Assembly: GCA_038087875.1 (NCBI GenBank)
Contig: CM075989.1
Location: forward strand, 6,510,001 to 6,574,000
DNA length: 64,000 nucleotides
Source of the DNA: Malacoraja senta
Taxonomy: Eukaryota
Direction: 5' to 3'
This document shows, one piece after another, positions 27,501 through 42,500 of this stretch (positions are counted from its first letter, which is position 1; every line of letters begins with the position of its first letter). Made by a program: the position numbers and the translations under genes. The notes under the pieces are model-generated. The model did no database searches. It saw nothing but the letters and a program-made list of their open reading frames with translations, and was not told the DNA's origin.

Positions 27501-30500
27501 CTGTCCCACTGAGTTACTCCAGCATTTTGTGTCTATCCAGTTTCAGTGGACAGAACTGTACTTGATCGGTTGGTTACTTTCCATTTGCAGTGAATATGGT
27601 ACCAAAAGTCCATATTGAATTGTACTTTACTGAAAAAAATTTTTTTTGAAAAGATACACAAAATGCTGGAGTAAATCAGCAGGTCAGGGAGCATCTCTGG
27701 AGAAAGGGAATAGGTGACATTTTTCAGGTCATAACCCTTCTTTAGACCCTCACAATAATATAAAAACACCTATGTCCAATCCACCTCCCAATGATATAAA
27801 ATACTCCAGCATTTTGTGTCCATCTTTGGCATAAAGCAGCATCTGCATTCCTTCCTATTTAATTAAAAAAGATGGGTGCATGGAAATATGTTACAAGTGT
27901 TACACAACCAACACCATAATTAAATGGTCATGAACTGTTATGTGTTAACAGGTCTTTAAATTTCTAATACTTATTAACAAGCAAAATGGGAGAAAAACAT
28001 AATTGACTCAAAACACTTAGTCCCAAGTCAGCAAACATAGTTTTGCAAATTCCTGACTAGGCCACAAGGTCACAATCCTCAATGGAAAACAAACAAATTA
28101 AACCAGTGTCAACGTTGTCAGCTGGTCAGCAACCAATGCCCAAGAGTATCCCTGGAGAAATATGACCAAGGCATATTCAGGAAACAAAAATGATTGAATT
28201 ATGAATGAAGTGCTCTTCAAAGCAGTTTTGCAAAAACACATGGCTCCCCTTCCTTTCCCTTCCAGTGTAAAATAACCTACTACAGAGCTCATGTTCTGAG
28301 CAAACAATAAATGTTGGACCCGAAGAAGTCTGAAGAATGATCCCAACCCAAAATCCTGCCTATCGATGTTCTCCAGAGAAGCTGCTTGGCCCGCCGAGTT
28401 ACTCCAGCACTTTGTGATTTTTTTTCCTAAGACGTCCTGTTGAACTTCCAGCAGTAAATTATCTTTCAGCAATTTGCACATTCAATTATCGCATTTACAC
28501 AAGGTTGTTTTATAGTTCCACTTATACACGTAAAACTATACCAACAAACTGGAAGGTTTACACAAAATGATGGAGTAACTCAGCGGGTCAGGCATCATCA
28601 GTCTTAGGGGCCCCAACCCAAAACATCATTGTCCATTTTCACCAGAGATGATGCCCGATCTGCTGAGTTCCTCCAGTATGCATGTTGTGTCTATCCTCGG
28701 TAGAAACCAGCACCTGCCATTCCTTTAAACCAAAAGGTTTAGATCAGTACTATCAGAAATAAGTCCAATCATTCTTTGACCTAATTGGAGATATAGTGGA
28801 CAATCAGCAGATACTGCCTTTGATGCAGAACATCTCCAATAATCTTTCTAGATGAAACAGGAGTCCATTATAAAACACAAGGAAAATGTAGAAATTAAAG
28901 AAGTTAAAAAGTTCATTTTTTTACCTCCACTTGTGCTCCCGGACGTAAACCTCGTCCATAATTCACTAACTGCTGGTAGGCTACACAAAGACCAAATCTG
29001 CCATCCAGTTCATAAAGGCCCGCTCTACAATTCAATACTTTACTTATCACACCCTGAAATTAAAAATAAATATGCAATTAATTGACTAGCCGACAGTTCA
29101 CAAACAATCTTTCAAGTCATACCAAGATGGTTGCACAGTGACGTAGCTGGTAGAGCTGCTGCCTCATAGCATTAAATCCTGATCTTGGGTGCTGTCTGTG
29201 TGGAGTTTGCACATTCTCAAACTCAGGGATACAAGGATGTATCCTTGTATTCCTGTTGTTCGCACATCTTCCCCAAACAATGGGCCATTATGGACCACAC
29301 CCTTCCTGAGGTCATCTGTTGCCGGCCCTGTTTTGTTCTGGCCTTCTCTAACTTTCAGTCTGAAGAAGGCTTCTGACCCAAAACTTCACCTATTCATTTT
29401 CTCCAGAGATACTGCCCGACCTACTGAGTTCCTCCAACAATTTGCCTCTATCTATGTCAAATAATAAATTCTTGCAAAAAGTCCTCTTTGAATATAATTC
29501 CCTCTGTTTAAGTTATTTTGGACCATGTTGATTGCATGTTGTATGGAGCTTAACATAAGAATCAGTCATATCGTACTAAGTTGAACTTCTGTCCAGCATC
29601 TTACATTGGATTGGCAAGGTCAGAAATTGGGTGGAAGATATGGATCATAGTTCAGCACATCTTGAATTAGAAAGGAAAGTTGGTTGTTTTTTCATTCTAG
29701 AGAGTTATCCAGAAATCTCTATTATGAAGTGCCCTCATAAGGACACCAGACCACAACAGCAATAATCATCCTGTGATGTTTCATATGGTTCAACAACCCG
29801 CCAGCTTTCTAACAAAGCTCACACTAGTTGAGTTTGAGTTTAGTTTATTGTCACGTGTACAGAGGTCCAGTGAAAAGCTTTTGTTGCTTGCAACTGGTCG
29901 GCGGAAAGACAATACATATTACAACGTGAATATAATGGATAACCACTTGTAGAAGACCCCCAGAGTACGTCACAATCAGAAGATGAAAAGGAGAAAGGGA
30001 TGAAAAAGAAAAATCAGGATAATTTATTTCTGACATTTTCCTCACTCAGCTCAACTTTAAATTCTCACCCTGTGACTGGTGAACACCAAGTAACATTGCA
30101 TAGGAATGATAAAATGGCCAACATTCAAGGCGTAATTTTGCCGTTAACTCGGGGGAAACAGTAAGGCAAACTGCAAGATCCACAAACTTCTTTTAAACTA
30201 ACAAAAGAGGCTCCTCAGAGTGGTACCGCACGGAAACAGGCCCATTGGCCCAACTTGTCCATGCCGACTAAGTTGCCCCACCTCAGCTAGTCCCCTTTCC
30301 CCCCTTTTGTCTTGTATGTACATCTAAACCTATTCCATTCATGTACCAGTCCAAACTGAACCCACCTCAACTACTTTGGCAGCTCGTTCCATGAAAAAGT
30401 TACCCTTCAGCTTCCCATTAAATCTTTCCCCATTCACCTTAAATGTATGCCCTTCTTCAAAGTCAAACCGCACACGAGATCATGGGGAAGGAAACTTCAA

Positions 30501-33500
30501 CGTGACCCAAAAGGTTTACCTTCAGACCTCTATAAATTTAATATTATTCCCACACATAGAATACTCACATGGTACGATATTATTTTAGATTCTTTGCTCT
30601 CAAGAACCTCTTCCATGGTGCTTTGAGGTGACTGGCTCATTGACCGTCTCATCTGAAAAGATTCTTCATTGGGAGCAGGTGGCACCACACTTGTATTTGT
30701 AGCTTGCATAAATTCTGCCAATGTTTGTTCTTTCACAATTCCCTCGCTGTAATTATAGAAGTCAGAGGATGACGACACTACAAACACCTTATAATTGGTG
30801 CCTTGGAGGCTGGAAATGAAGACTTTTGTGATAATATATTGCTTTGAAACTTCTAAGCATTGATGCCACATGAGTTTGTCAGGAACCTAAAAGAGAAAAA
30901 ATGGAAAATTCAGGTTGAAGGCCTCCATTTCTTATTCAGATAAAATTTACATCATATATTAAATAATTTCCCTCCTTTACACATCAAATTAATTTGAACA
31001 AAAGAACAATCACTATTGTTTCTTAGGTGCAATCTTAGGTGCAATCATGAGAATATTTTCTGCAAGGAAGGATGACGGCCACATTTGCCACTAAATCTGG
31101 TGCAGGTTTGAGAAGTTATGGATGTAAAATAGCTAAATAATTCGAGCACTAGGTGGTGTTATTACACACATATGACACGTGATGCTGAGGAACGGCACAA
31201 AACACCCTCGGGCAGCCATAGGGATCAATTAACCTCAATGAAACTAGGAGAATTCTCAAATGGAGTCAGCAATTACTCGGTTTCACAGAGGACATTCTTG
31301 AATTATTGCTAGCTGATGAGATCAAATCACAAGCGTGCAGTTATGTGCTGCGCTGGAAAGATGCGCAAAGTTTGATTATCCAAGTTAATGAATAAGTTTA
31401 TAAATGAATAAGTTTATTGGCCAAGTATTCACAATCAAGGAATTTGCCTTGGTGCTCCGCCCGCAAGCGACAACATGACAGTGAGGAAATTTTGGACTAT
31501 TATAGGCAAAGTGGTATACTCCATTAGTAGTGAAGTTAAAAATAATTTAATTATCTTCGCTCATTCTCCTGAATCGATATAATGGGATTGCAATCCAGCT
31601 AAGGAAACTAGTTTAAAAGATTACATATAATTTCAACATCATTTATTTTTAAGGCTTTAACTTATTTAGTCAGAATGAAATAATGTCCTCATTACGAATT
31701 TCATGCAAGCACAATCATTTAAAATCAGAATGTTACTTGAACAATGTTACTTCCATCGTGCAGATTGATAACAGAGTGGAATGGAAGAATCTAAACTTTA
31801 GTACTTTTTTTGCTTTGGGCCAATACATTGATCCATGACTGGCGCAAGTCTAAAAGGTCAGAAAACACACATACACAACAAACACAAAAGCAAAGCAACA
31901 TTTATTTCTATCAGGGGAATAGGTAGGATGAATGCACCTGGGTCGGGGATTCCAGACCAGAGTTTAATGTGAGAGGGGGAAGATTTAACACAAACCTGTG
32001 GGGAAATGTCTTCACTCAGAGGGTTGTAAATAAAGAACTGCAGATGCTGGAAAAATCGAAGGTAAGCAAAAAATGCTGGAGAAACTCAGCGGGTGAGGCA
32101 GCATCTATGGAGAGAAGGAATAGACGACGGAAACGGTGGACCGAAGGGCCTGTTACAACGCTGTATCTCTAAACTAAACTAATCAAAAGGTAGTCGCGGC
32201 AGGTACCATAACAACATTTTAAAAAAGACACTTGGACAGGTACATGAATCGGAAAGGTTGAGAGAGATGTGCCAAACGCGGGCAAATAGGATTAACCTAG
32301 ATGAGACATCCTTGTTAACATGGACAAGTTGGGCCAAATGGCCTGTTTCCATGCTGTGTGACTCTATAATACATCACCAGTCGAGTGAGTTCTTTTCATT
32401 TTAATAGGATCATGTTTTTGTAATGCATTGTAATGTAAATGCTTTGTAGTTTCCTACTGTTTGCCAAGCTCACCTGTTCATTATTTACCCAAGGACACTT
32501 TGCCATCGAGAGAAAAGAGCAATAGTACAGCCAACCCTTTAAACCTGCTCTGTCATCCAATACAACCATGGTTGTTTATCTCCCTCAATGCCACATTACT
32601 GCACTCTCCCCATCATGCTTTTGGCACGTAGAAATGTATCCATCTCCTGGTATTTGTTCAGCAACATGGTCTATAATATCTTCTGTGGAGCACTCGTTTC
32701 ACAGAGTTATCATCCTCAATAAAGAAATTCCTCCTCACTTCAGCCTTATGTTTCTTGCCCTGCATCTGAGATTGGGACCCATCGTGATCAACTCCACAGA
32801 CATGGGAATCATCCTCCCCATATCCAAGTCTGTTTGGCATGTCAGAATTTTACACCGTTCAATTAGATTCCACTCATATTCTTGTAAACTCAAATTGATC
32901 TTTTGTCTTCACACAGTAGACCTTGTTATCTCACCCCTTGTTACATTTGCTCCATGGGAAGTTTATCCTTTAAGGTAAGAGATAACATGATACTTCAGTT
33001 AGGGAGAACATGTTAACATAGTACACCAACCACTGCCCTATATAACTGTAGCAAAACATCTTTGTTCTTGCACTCAAACTCTCAAGCACATGACCATAAA
33101 CTAAACTGAAATCAATTCCCAGTGTAATGCCAACTAAACAATACACTCTCCTTTTTGAAGGTGAATAACTTCACATTTCTTCACTTATCTTTACTTGCCA
33201 TGTTTTTTGCCCACTTGTTGAGTCTCAGTTGCCTTGAAGCCTCTGCATCCACTGCAATTGACAGTCCCATGTGGTTTATTATTGTCCTAAAACTTCAAAA
33301 TACAATATTTTGTCTCTCATCAAAATTATTAAACTATACTCAAGAGATGAGGCCCAAGCAAACCACTAATTACCACCTGCCACCCAAAAGGACATCCATT
33401 TCTTCCTAGTTTCCTGTCTATCAACCAAATTTTAATTCCATGCCATCACAATAAGCCCACTACTATGCTCTTTAATTTTACTTAATTGGAGTTTCATTTG

Positions 33501-36500
33501 TTAGTGCAAGGCCTGGATAGAGTGGTGGAGAGAATGTGTTCACTAGTGGGAGACTCTAGGACCAGAGGCCATAGCCTCAGAATAAAAGGTGATGAGAAGG
33601 AATTTCTTTAGTCAGAGGGTGGTGGAATTGATTGCCACAAAAGGGTGTAGTGGATATTTTTGTAGTGGTTAAAGGGTCAATGGATATTTTTAAGGCGGAG
33701 ATTGATAGATTCTTGATCAGTACGGGTGTCAGGGGTTATAGGGAGAAGGTTAGGCAGGAGAATGGGTTTGAGCGGAAAAATAGATCAGTCATGATTGAAT
33801 TACGGAGTAGACTTGATGGGCCTAAAGGCCTAATTCTGCTCCTATAACTTATGAACTCATGAACACTAACCTTTCAAAGGCTTTTGGAAAATCTAAATAT
33901 AACACACACACTAGTTTTTTCTTATCTATTTCTACAAGTTACATCCTTGAAAAGCTCCAGTCAAATTTGATTTCCCTTCCAGATATCCATACTTAATTTG
34001 TCTATTTGTGCTGATTTTTTAAAATGTTGTGTTATTTCCTCTATTCTAATAAGCTCCAGCATTTTCCCACCATCACAGTAATTAGACTGCAGTTTAACAT
34101 TTTCTCTCTTCCTATATTTATCAATGTCTAATCTGCAAGAACCACTCCATGATTTATAGGTCTGAAAAATGACATGTAATGCATCCACTAATCTCACCGC
34201 TACGTCTTTCAGTACTCTGATGGTATGAAGACACAATCCTGGACAGAAATAGCGAGGCGGGCCGTCGAGAGCAACCCGGTGGGGGCCAGGGAGAACGATG
34301 GGGGGCGGAACCAGTGGGGATGTGGTCCCCATGAACGAAGGGGGAAACACGGCAGGAGACCGCCTACAGTAACGTGTGGCGACAGGCAGAAGATAGAACT
34401 GATCAGCAAACCAAATACTTGTGTATTGCCTAGGTGAGGTCTGCTCTATGATTTTACCAGGTTGTATGCAAAACAAAGCATTTTGCTGCACCTAGGTACA
34501 TGCGACAATAAAGTAACGTTGAATCATTAGCCCAAGGAATGACTTTGGCATTGCATTGAATTTATTTTAAAGTATTATTCAACATGAGAAAGAATTAACA
34601 AATGATGAAAGCATTAACAATAACTCCAATTTAAAAAAAAGTTCAGTGTGAATTGATGATAGAACTATAAAAATCAGATCAGTCTGGACATTTCTATGCT
34701 GAAAACCTATGGTAAAAGCAAACCACTGAATGAGTTTTAAAACATTATTTGTTGGAATTTAAAGCAATTATTTATTGGACAAGTCTAGTTAAAAGATCTA
34801 TTTAAAGTGCATACAACATGGAAGATAAAGCAAACCTTAATGACAACTGGAAGGCAAGTATCAGATGTAAACGAGCTGAGAAAGAAGAAGAAGAAGGTTT
34901 TCCCTCGGATACTCAACACTGAACTGAGGCGGCAAAGTTCTCCAGCTATGTTCAGCTTCACTCTTTGACGATGAACCCTTGGCAAAGGCAAAGACAATAT
35001 AATCACGGTCACATCCTGTCAACAACACGACATGGCCAATCAATATAATTCCAAGCAAAGCAGAATGCCTGACTTCTGTGACTTCACGAGTGAATATACA
35101 GATTGCCACACAGAATCCCCAGACAGAGAAACCAAGGACAATGACACACCACCTGCCCCCACCACAACCAGGATGGTGGGTCCCATAACAGAGAGCTGCT
35201 GCTTTACAGCGCCAGAGTAATCGGGAAATCCACTGTCTCGTTAAATTTAACACATGCAGGTAAATGTAGAGTTAAGAAGGAAGCTGGGGTTAATAGGTTT
35301 TCAAAGATCTATTCAATGTCTAAAATTGGGACATTGTAGGGTTTCTTTACATTTACCAGGATTAAAGTCAGAAATGCCGACTTAATTTCCCATACAGGCT
35401 CGCTATGTAGTCTAAACAATCCACATGTTGTTCTGACAGCATCAAATTAAAGAGGAACGTCACTAACAATTGATTTATTTATTTAAATAGACAAAATAAA
35501 TCGTCTCACAAAAACAACCATTTAAAATATTGATAGTCGCAATTTTTGTAATCAAGATGTATGGCAGAAATTCTAATTGCCACGAAATAGGGCGGTACTG
35601 TGGCGCAGTGGTAGAGTTGCTGCCTGACAGCGCCAGAGATCCAGGTTCGATCCTGGCTGAACAGTTTGTACGCTCTCCCCATGACCTGCGTGGGTTTTCC
35701 ATGGGTGCTCCGGTCTCCTCCCACACTCCAAAGACGTACAAGTTTGTCGTTTAATTGGCTTTGGTAAAATTGTAAATTATTCCTAGGGCGTCTAGGATAG
35801 TGTAAGTGTGCAGGGATCGCTGGTCGTCCAGGACTCCATGGGCCGAAGGGCCTGTTTCCAGAGCCGGATAACAACAGTCAAAGAGCTCACAATGTTGGCT
35901 GTGGAGGAGGTGATAATGAGGGTATACGAACAGTGAAACTAGCAGGACAACTGGGGTGGGGGTGGGATGGATGAAGGGGGAATGCAAGGGTTACTTTAAT
36001 TTTGAGAAATCAATATATTCATACCTCTGGGTTGTAAGCTGCCCAAGAGAAATCACAATTAAGCCAATTAGTATAGTTCTTTACACAGTTCTTACCCTTT
36101 GTTCAGGAGATGAATAGCAGTGTCAGGCAGCAATACGTTCAGGCTGCTTGGTCCCATTAGTTTATCAACTGACTGTTTTGGAAGCACGAGGCAAGGGGCT
36201 TCCATTATTTCAAGGTAACCAGTTTCTATTCCATGTGGTCGCCAATCTTTCACAGGAATATAACTCCAGCTTGAAAACAGTACCAAATGCCCCAACCATT
36301 GCAGATCCAGTTTGAGAATCTAGTCAAAAATTGCATATGAAAGGATAAAGTCAATATAAAGAAGAAATATAAACATCGTTATAACTCTCAGTTTCATAAA
36401 ACAACAGGTACAAACACTGGGAAGTGACTTTTTCCACCATATTATACGTGCGTGGGCACAGCAAATACAGTTTAAATTCAAGGGTGCGACTCAAATTAGT

Positions 36501-39500
36501 GTTGGAAAGCCAGTTTCACAGACGGCAACGTTAGTCATCAATTGGAACATGTGGTTACATACAAATCCATATCCCAGTACAAATTGAATATCCAATTTGC
36601 ATGAATGGCTAACTGAGAAACTGGAGATTTTTGTTCCTCTCTCCAAAAAACAAGTACTGAGCCAAAGATAGACACAAAATGCTGGAGTAACTCAGCAGGC
36701 CAGGCAGTATCTCTAGAAAGAAGGAATGGGTGACGTTTCGGATCAAGACCATTCTTCAGACTGAGCCAACCTGTTCAACCCAACCCTAAGGATTTAAATA
36801 TTTTTTTACTGAGCCTACTTTATAGTACTTTAAAGTTTATTAACAAGTACTCTATCATTTTGCAAGTACAATGCCCAGTTTCTTTTGCAGAAACAGATTG
36901 CTTTCATTCCTAGTACTTTTAATTGTTTTGGTGAAAAAACATGGCAATTCAATTATTTTCCATCTCCAGAATCTGTTAACCATTCACACACTTTTAGTTT
37001 TACAAGGATATGGCGCACTACTTAACCTGCTACATCAATAACCAAATGTAAATTTGCAATTCTAATGAAAATTCACAAACTAAAGCTGGTAGAGCTGCTG
37101 CCTCACAGTGCCAGCGATCCAGGTTTGATCCTGACCTTGGGTGCTGCCTGTGTGGAGTTTGCACGTTCTCCCTGTGATTGGGAACACCTGGGTTGCCTCC
37201 AGGTGCTCCAGATTCCTTCCACATCGCAAAGACTTGAGGGTTTGTAGGTTAATTGGACTTTAAAATTGCCCCGAGTATGTAGGGAGTGGATACATAGATA
37301 CACAGACAATCAGTGTAGGAGTAGGCCATTCGGCCCTTCGAGCGAGCACCACCATTCAATGTGATCATGGCTGATCATCCACAAAGTACCCCGTTCCATT
37401 TCCCTGGATTCCGCTAGCCCTAAGAGCTCCATCTAACTCTCTTTTGAATGCATCTAGTGAATCGGCCTCCACTGCCTTCTGAGACAGAGAATTCCACAAA
37501 TTCACAACTCTGTGTGAAAAGGTTTTTCCTCGTCTCAGTTCTAAATGGCCTACCCCTTATTCTTAAACTGTGGCCCCTGGTTCTGGACTCTCCCAACATC
37601 GGGAACATGTTTCCTGCATCTAGCGTGTCTAATAATTTTATGTTTCTATAAGATCCCCTCTCATCCTTCTAAATTCCAGTGAATACAAGCCCAGTCGCTC
37701 CATTTTTTCATCATATGACAGTCCCGCCATTCCGGGAATTAACCTCGTGAACCTGCGTGCACTCCCTCAACAGCAAGAATGTCCTTCCTCAAATTGGGAA
37801 ACCAAAACTGCACACAATACTCCAGATATGCAAAAGTGGGATAACATAAAACTAGTGTAAACTTGTGATCAATGATTGGTGTGTACTCGATGAGCTGAAG
37901 TGCTTGTTTCTATGCTCTAAAATAAACTAAAACCAGCTACAGATCACTTGATTTTTGATCATTTTGGCGAAAGGCAATCTCCAGCTAGTTTTAGCCCAGT
38001 GGGTTTGTATAAAGTAGAACACAATTTGTGTTGACCATCTCCACGTATCACACTGATAGTACACTCAAATTGACTTCTCTATTTCTACTAGAAATGTGCA
38101 TTCCTTACTAGTTTTACCGATCAGGTATGTCGTAGACTTCCAACAAAGATTACAATTGTAATCAATCAAGCAATCAATCAATTTTATTTGTATAGCACAT
38201 TTAAAAACCTCACGTTGACCAAAGTGCTGTACATCAGAGCAGATACTACTGTGCTACATACAATGGTACACAGACCTAACAATACATACATAAACTGTTT
38301 ACAGCGCCCCCTCAGAGGGTCTCAAAAACCCCGCTAGGGAGTAGAAATAGGTTTTGAGCCTCGATTTAAAGGAGTCGATGGAGGGGGCAGTTCTGATGAG
38401 GAGAGGGATTCTGTTCCACAGTTTAGGTGCTGCAACCGCAAAAGCGCGGTCGCCCGAGCTTAAACCTAGACCGCGGGATAGTCAGTAGCCCCAAGTCAGC
38501 CGACCTGAGGGACCTGGAGGTAGAATGGTGGGTTAGAAGATTTTTGATATGGGGGGGGGGGGGGGCGGGGCAAGCCCGTTAAGGGCTTTGTATACGAATA
38601 ACAGGAGCTTGAAGTTGATTCTGCACCGTATCGGGGTGATGTGGTCCCTTTTACGGGTACCCGTCAGAAGTCTCGCTGCGGCGTTTTGAACCAATTGCAG
38701 GAGGGACAGGGAAGATTGGCTGATGCCAGTGTATAGGGAGTTGCAGTAGTCAAGGCGGGAGGAGATGAATGCATGGATGATTTTTTCATGGTGTACGAAT
38801 TGGAGGAATGGTTTGATTTTAGCTATGGTACGAAGCTGGAAGAAACTAGCTTTTAGCACAGAGTTGACTTGCTTGTCAAACTTTAATGCGGAGTCAAATA
38901 TCACGGCAAGGTTTTTGACATGCGGTTTGACTAAGGAGGTTAGGCTGCCTAGGCTGCCTGTTATCATTTTGATGGAGTCGGAGGGGCCGAGTCGGATGTC
39001 CTCAGACTTGCTCTCGTTTAGTTGGAGGATGTTCTGTGCCATCCAACAATTTATGTCCTCGAGGCAGTGCATGAGGCTGATTAAATTTGACCGGTTGTTG
39101 GGTTTCAGAGGGAGGTAGAGCTGCGAGTCATCTGCGTAACAGTGGAAACAAATGCCGTGCCTTGAAAAAATGAAAAGAAACTACAGATGCTGGTGTATAC
39201 ATTGAAGCCAACACGTTGAAAACATAGACTTCTTTCAAATGGACCAATATCCAAAATGGTAATTATTTTCTACCATCACTTAATTTCATGAATCAATTAT
39301 CCGTAGCAGGTCTCCAAGGTGAACAGCCTCTGGCATGTTGAAAAAATAAGAGGGAGTTAGATGTGGCCCTTGTGGCTAAAGGGATCAGGGGGTATGGAGA
39401 GAAGGCAGGTACAGGATACTGAGTTGGATGATCAGCCATGATCATATTGAATGGCGGTGCAGGCTCGAAGGGCCGAATGGCCTCCTCCTGCACCTATTTT

Positions 39501-42500
39501 CTATGTTTCTATGTAATTAAGACACCAAAAGTAATCAGCAGAACAGTCTCAGACAATTCGGTTTTGAAATCCATTTACCTCACAAGGAATGAATCCATTC
39601 TTGCCCTGCAGATACAAATTTCCATCGCTCTGCTCTCCTGTAATCTCTGAAGTACCTGGAATATTACAGATCTTGTCGGTTAGATAGCCACACAGCAGCA
39701 GGTTTGTGCGACTGAGTGGCTTGTGTCCATCTGGAAAGCTTTCTTTGCCCTGACTCCATTCCTCGAACTGACTAGCGCTCCACGCTAGATGACTACAACA
39801 TGGGCTCTTCTGCTGTGATTGGAGCTCACAAAGAGATACAAATCTGCAAGATAATAACCTCAAGTTACCAGGCAAGTAAATGGAACCAATCTGCAATAAT
39901 CAATGTGACAATTGATATTCAAACCTTCATAGAAAGATGATGCTGGAGCGTGGGTACATTTAACATGCTTATCATTAGACTATAGAGACACATTGCAGAA
40001 ACAGGCCTTTCGGCCCACCGAGTGCACGCCAACCAGAGATCACCCCGTACACTAACACTATTCTACACACATGGGACAATTAACAATTTTTTTACCAAAG
40101 CCAATTAACCTACAAACCTGTACGTCTTTGGAATGTGGGAGGAAATCAGAGCACCCGGAGAAAACCCACACGGTCACAGGAAGAACGTACAAACTCCGTA
40201 CAGACAGCACCCATAGTTAGGATCGAACCCGGGTCTCTGGTACTGTAAGGCAGCAACTCTACCACTGCACCACTGCGCCGCCCTATGCTGTATAATCTGA
40301 GAGCATCACGTGAATAAGGAATGACAATGAACTAATCTGTAACTGAATAATTTTGATCTTCACCCACCTCTTCGTAGTTTGGTGAGAGATCACCAGCCAC
40401 TTTTCACTTTCATAACACCATTGAAGCCATTCTTCTGCCTACCTGCACTAGTTTCATGGACGAGTTTTATGTCAACCTGAGACAAAATGGCTAACTCTGC
40501 ACTTTCAGCACAACAGCACCCTTTCAGCATTTACGTACACTCCCTGTCTGCAGTGTACAATCAAGAGATATGGAATCAAATTGTACTTTTTTTTTCCTGC
40601 TCCTCAATTAATAGCAACATTCAGCTGTTGTGATTGTGACTGAGTGACTGGAAACTGAAAGCTGATTGATGCAAAGTCATTATATGCCATGACAAGCAAA
40701 AATTCTCTAAGGGAACCTCTCAGTAGAATCTACTTGATCTCAAAGTACTTCAAAATGGGATCACAAATATTCTAGTTATTGATGGACAAGAGCAAAGAAG
40801 GCCGGGACCGTATCTGATCTGCTAAGTGACAAAATAAGTCTGGTCTGAAGCTTTTTTAATCTCAGTCACAATTGTGCAAAATCATTTAGCTGTAGATGTC
40901 TCATGCCTGGTTTGATGTTGGCTGGTTAACACAGCCCTATTATCATAAGTTTGACTGACCATGAGTCTCAAGCTCATGAGAGTTCATAAACCATACCGTA
41001 GAAACATTTTCGTCCCAGCTGTTATCAGGCAACTGGATCATCCTACCACAACTAGAGAGCAGTCCTGAACTACTATCAACCTCACTGGTAACCCTCGGAC
41101 TATTTGATTAGACTTTACTGGCTTTACCTTGCACTAAACGTTATTTCCTTATCATGTATCTACACACTGTAAATGGCTCGATTATAATCCTGTATTGTCT
41201 TTTCGCTGACTCGATAGCACGCAACAAAAGCTTTTCACTGTACCTCACTACAGGTGACAATAAACTAAACTGAATTGAACATATCCCGAGTAGCCAACTT
41301 CCTGCTGTGGGCCAGTACCAGGTGATTACAAAGCTATCCTTTTGAGTACAAAGCTGATTATGGTTTGTATATACATAATTGCAATTTATTTTTTGAAGAA
41401 CACTTCTTGTTGGTATTAACACTTATCCACAAAATTCCATAGTGCATTGGAAAATTAAAAAAAATACATTATTCAATGATAACCAAAGATGGAATAGCAT
41501 AAAAAACAAAGTAGTACAGATGCTAGTTTATACCAAAGATAGACACAAAGTGCAGGAGTAACTTAGCGGGTCAGGCAGCATCTCTGGAGAAAAAGGTTGG
41601 CTGACGTTTCACTTCTTCAGTCTGAATCATGCAGAGATGCTGCCTCTTCTCCAGAGGCAGCACCTCTCCAGAGATGGTGCATTACCTACTGAGTTACTCC
41701 AGCACTTTGTGTGCAACTTTGTAATAGTGTAGATTTTGAATAGCAACAAACCCAAATATTAAGATGAAAAATTGCACACCATGAATTCGCCCGCATTTGG
41801 CAGAGGCTTAACAATGTACCATAATAAATATATATATATAGGAGCCCACTGGTTCAAATGATTCTTCCTTGTAAATGGTCCCTTCACCTTGGCATTTAAT
41901 TATGGCTTAAATGGTTCATGTGTCTCCCTAGGCAATCACAGGGAATCATGATGATAATAACTGATTTACATAGGACCTTCAATGTGTATAACATGCGTTG
42001 GGGCTTCACAGAAGCACTTTTAAACTTAAGGAGACTGAGCCAAGGAAGCAGATATCAGAACATATGATTAAGAGTAAAGTTTTAAGGAGTCTTCCCAGTC
42101 ACACTAACCTCTTTTGTTCAACAGCTCCATAACGAAACAGTCGAGGATGGAGCAAAGTGCACAATAACTGGCACAAATGAATGAAACCAAGCACAAGGAC
42201 TCAAATTCAAGAGCCACGGTTTAAATTAAATGTTAACCTTAGAAACTGCAATATATTGCAATTGCGCTAAAGTCATATAAAAACCGAAACATTGAATGTT
42301 GCATTTAGAAAAAGTTGTATATATAAAATTTTGATTTGTGGCTTACAATACCTGTAATTTAAAAGAGAGAGCTCATTTTTTCCTTGTTGGCAGCAGGGAT
42401 CACTGCAATTGAGACAAATTCTGCGCAGGCATTTAACAAGACAGGTGCTCAGCTCTTTGCAAGTTATTTCAGAATGCACTACTGGAAGGAGGTTCTCCTC

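Noticed and set aside
35590..35660. tRNA-like A and B boxes
   Set aside because: Head of a tRNA-derived SINE; no cloverleaf.
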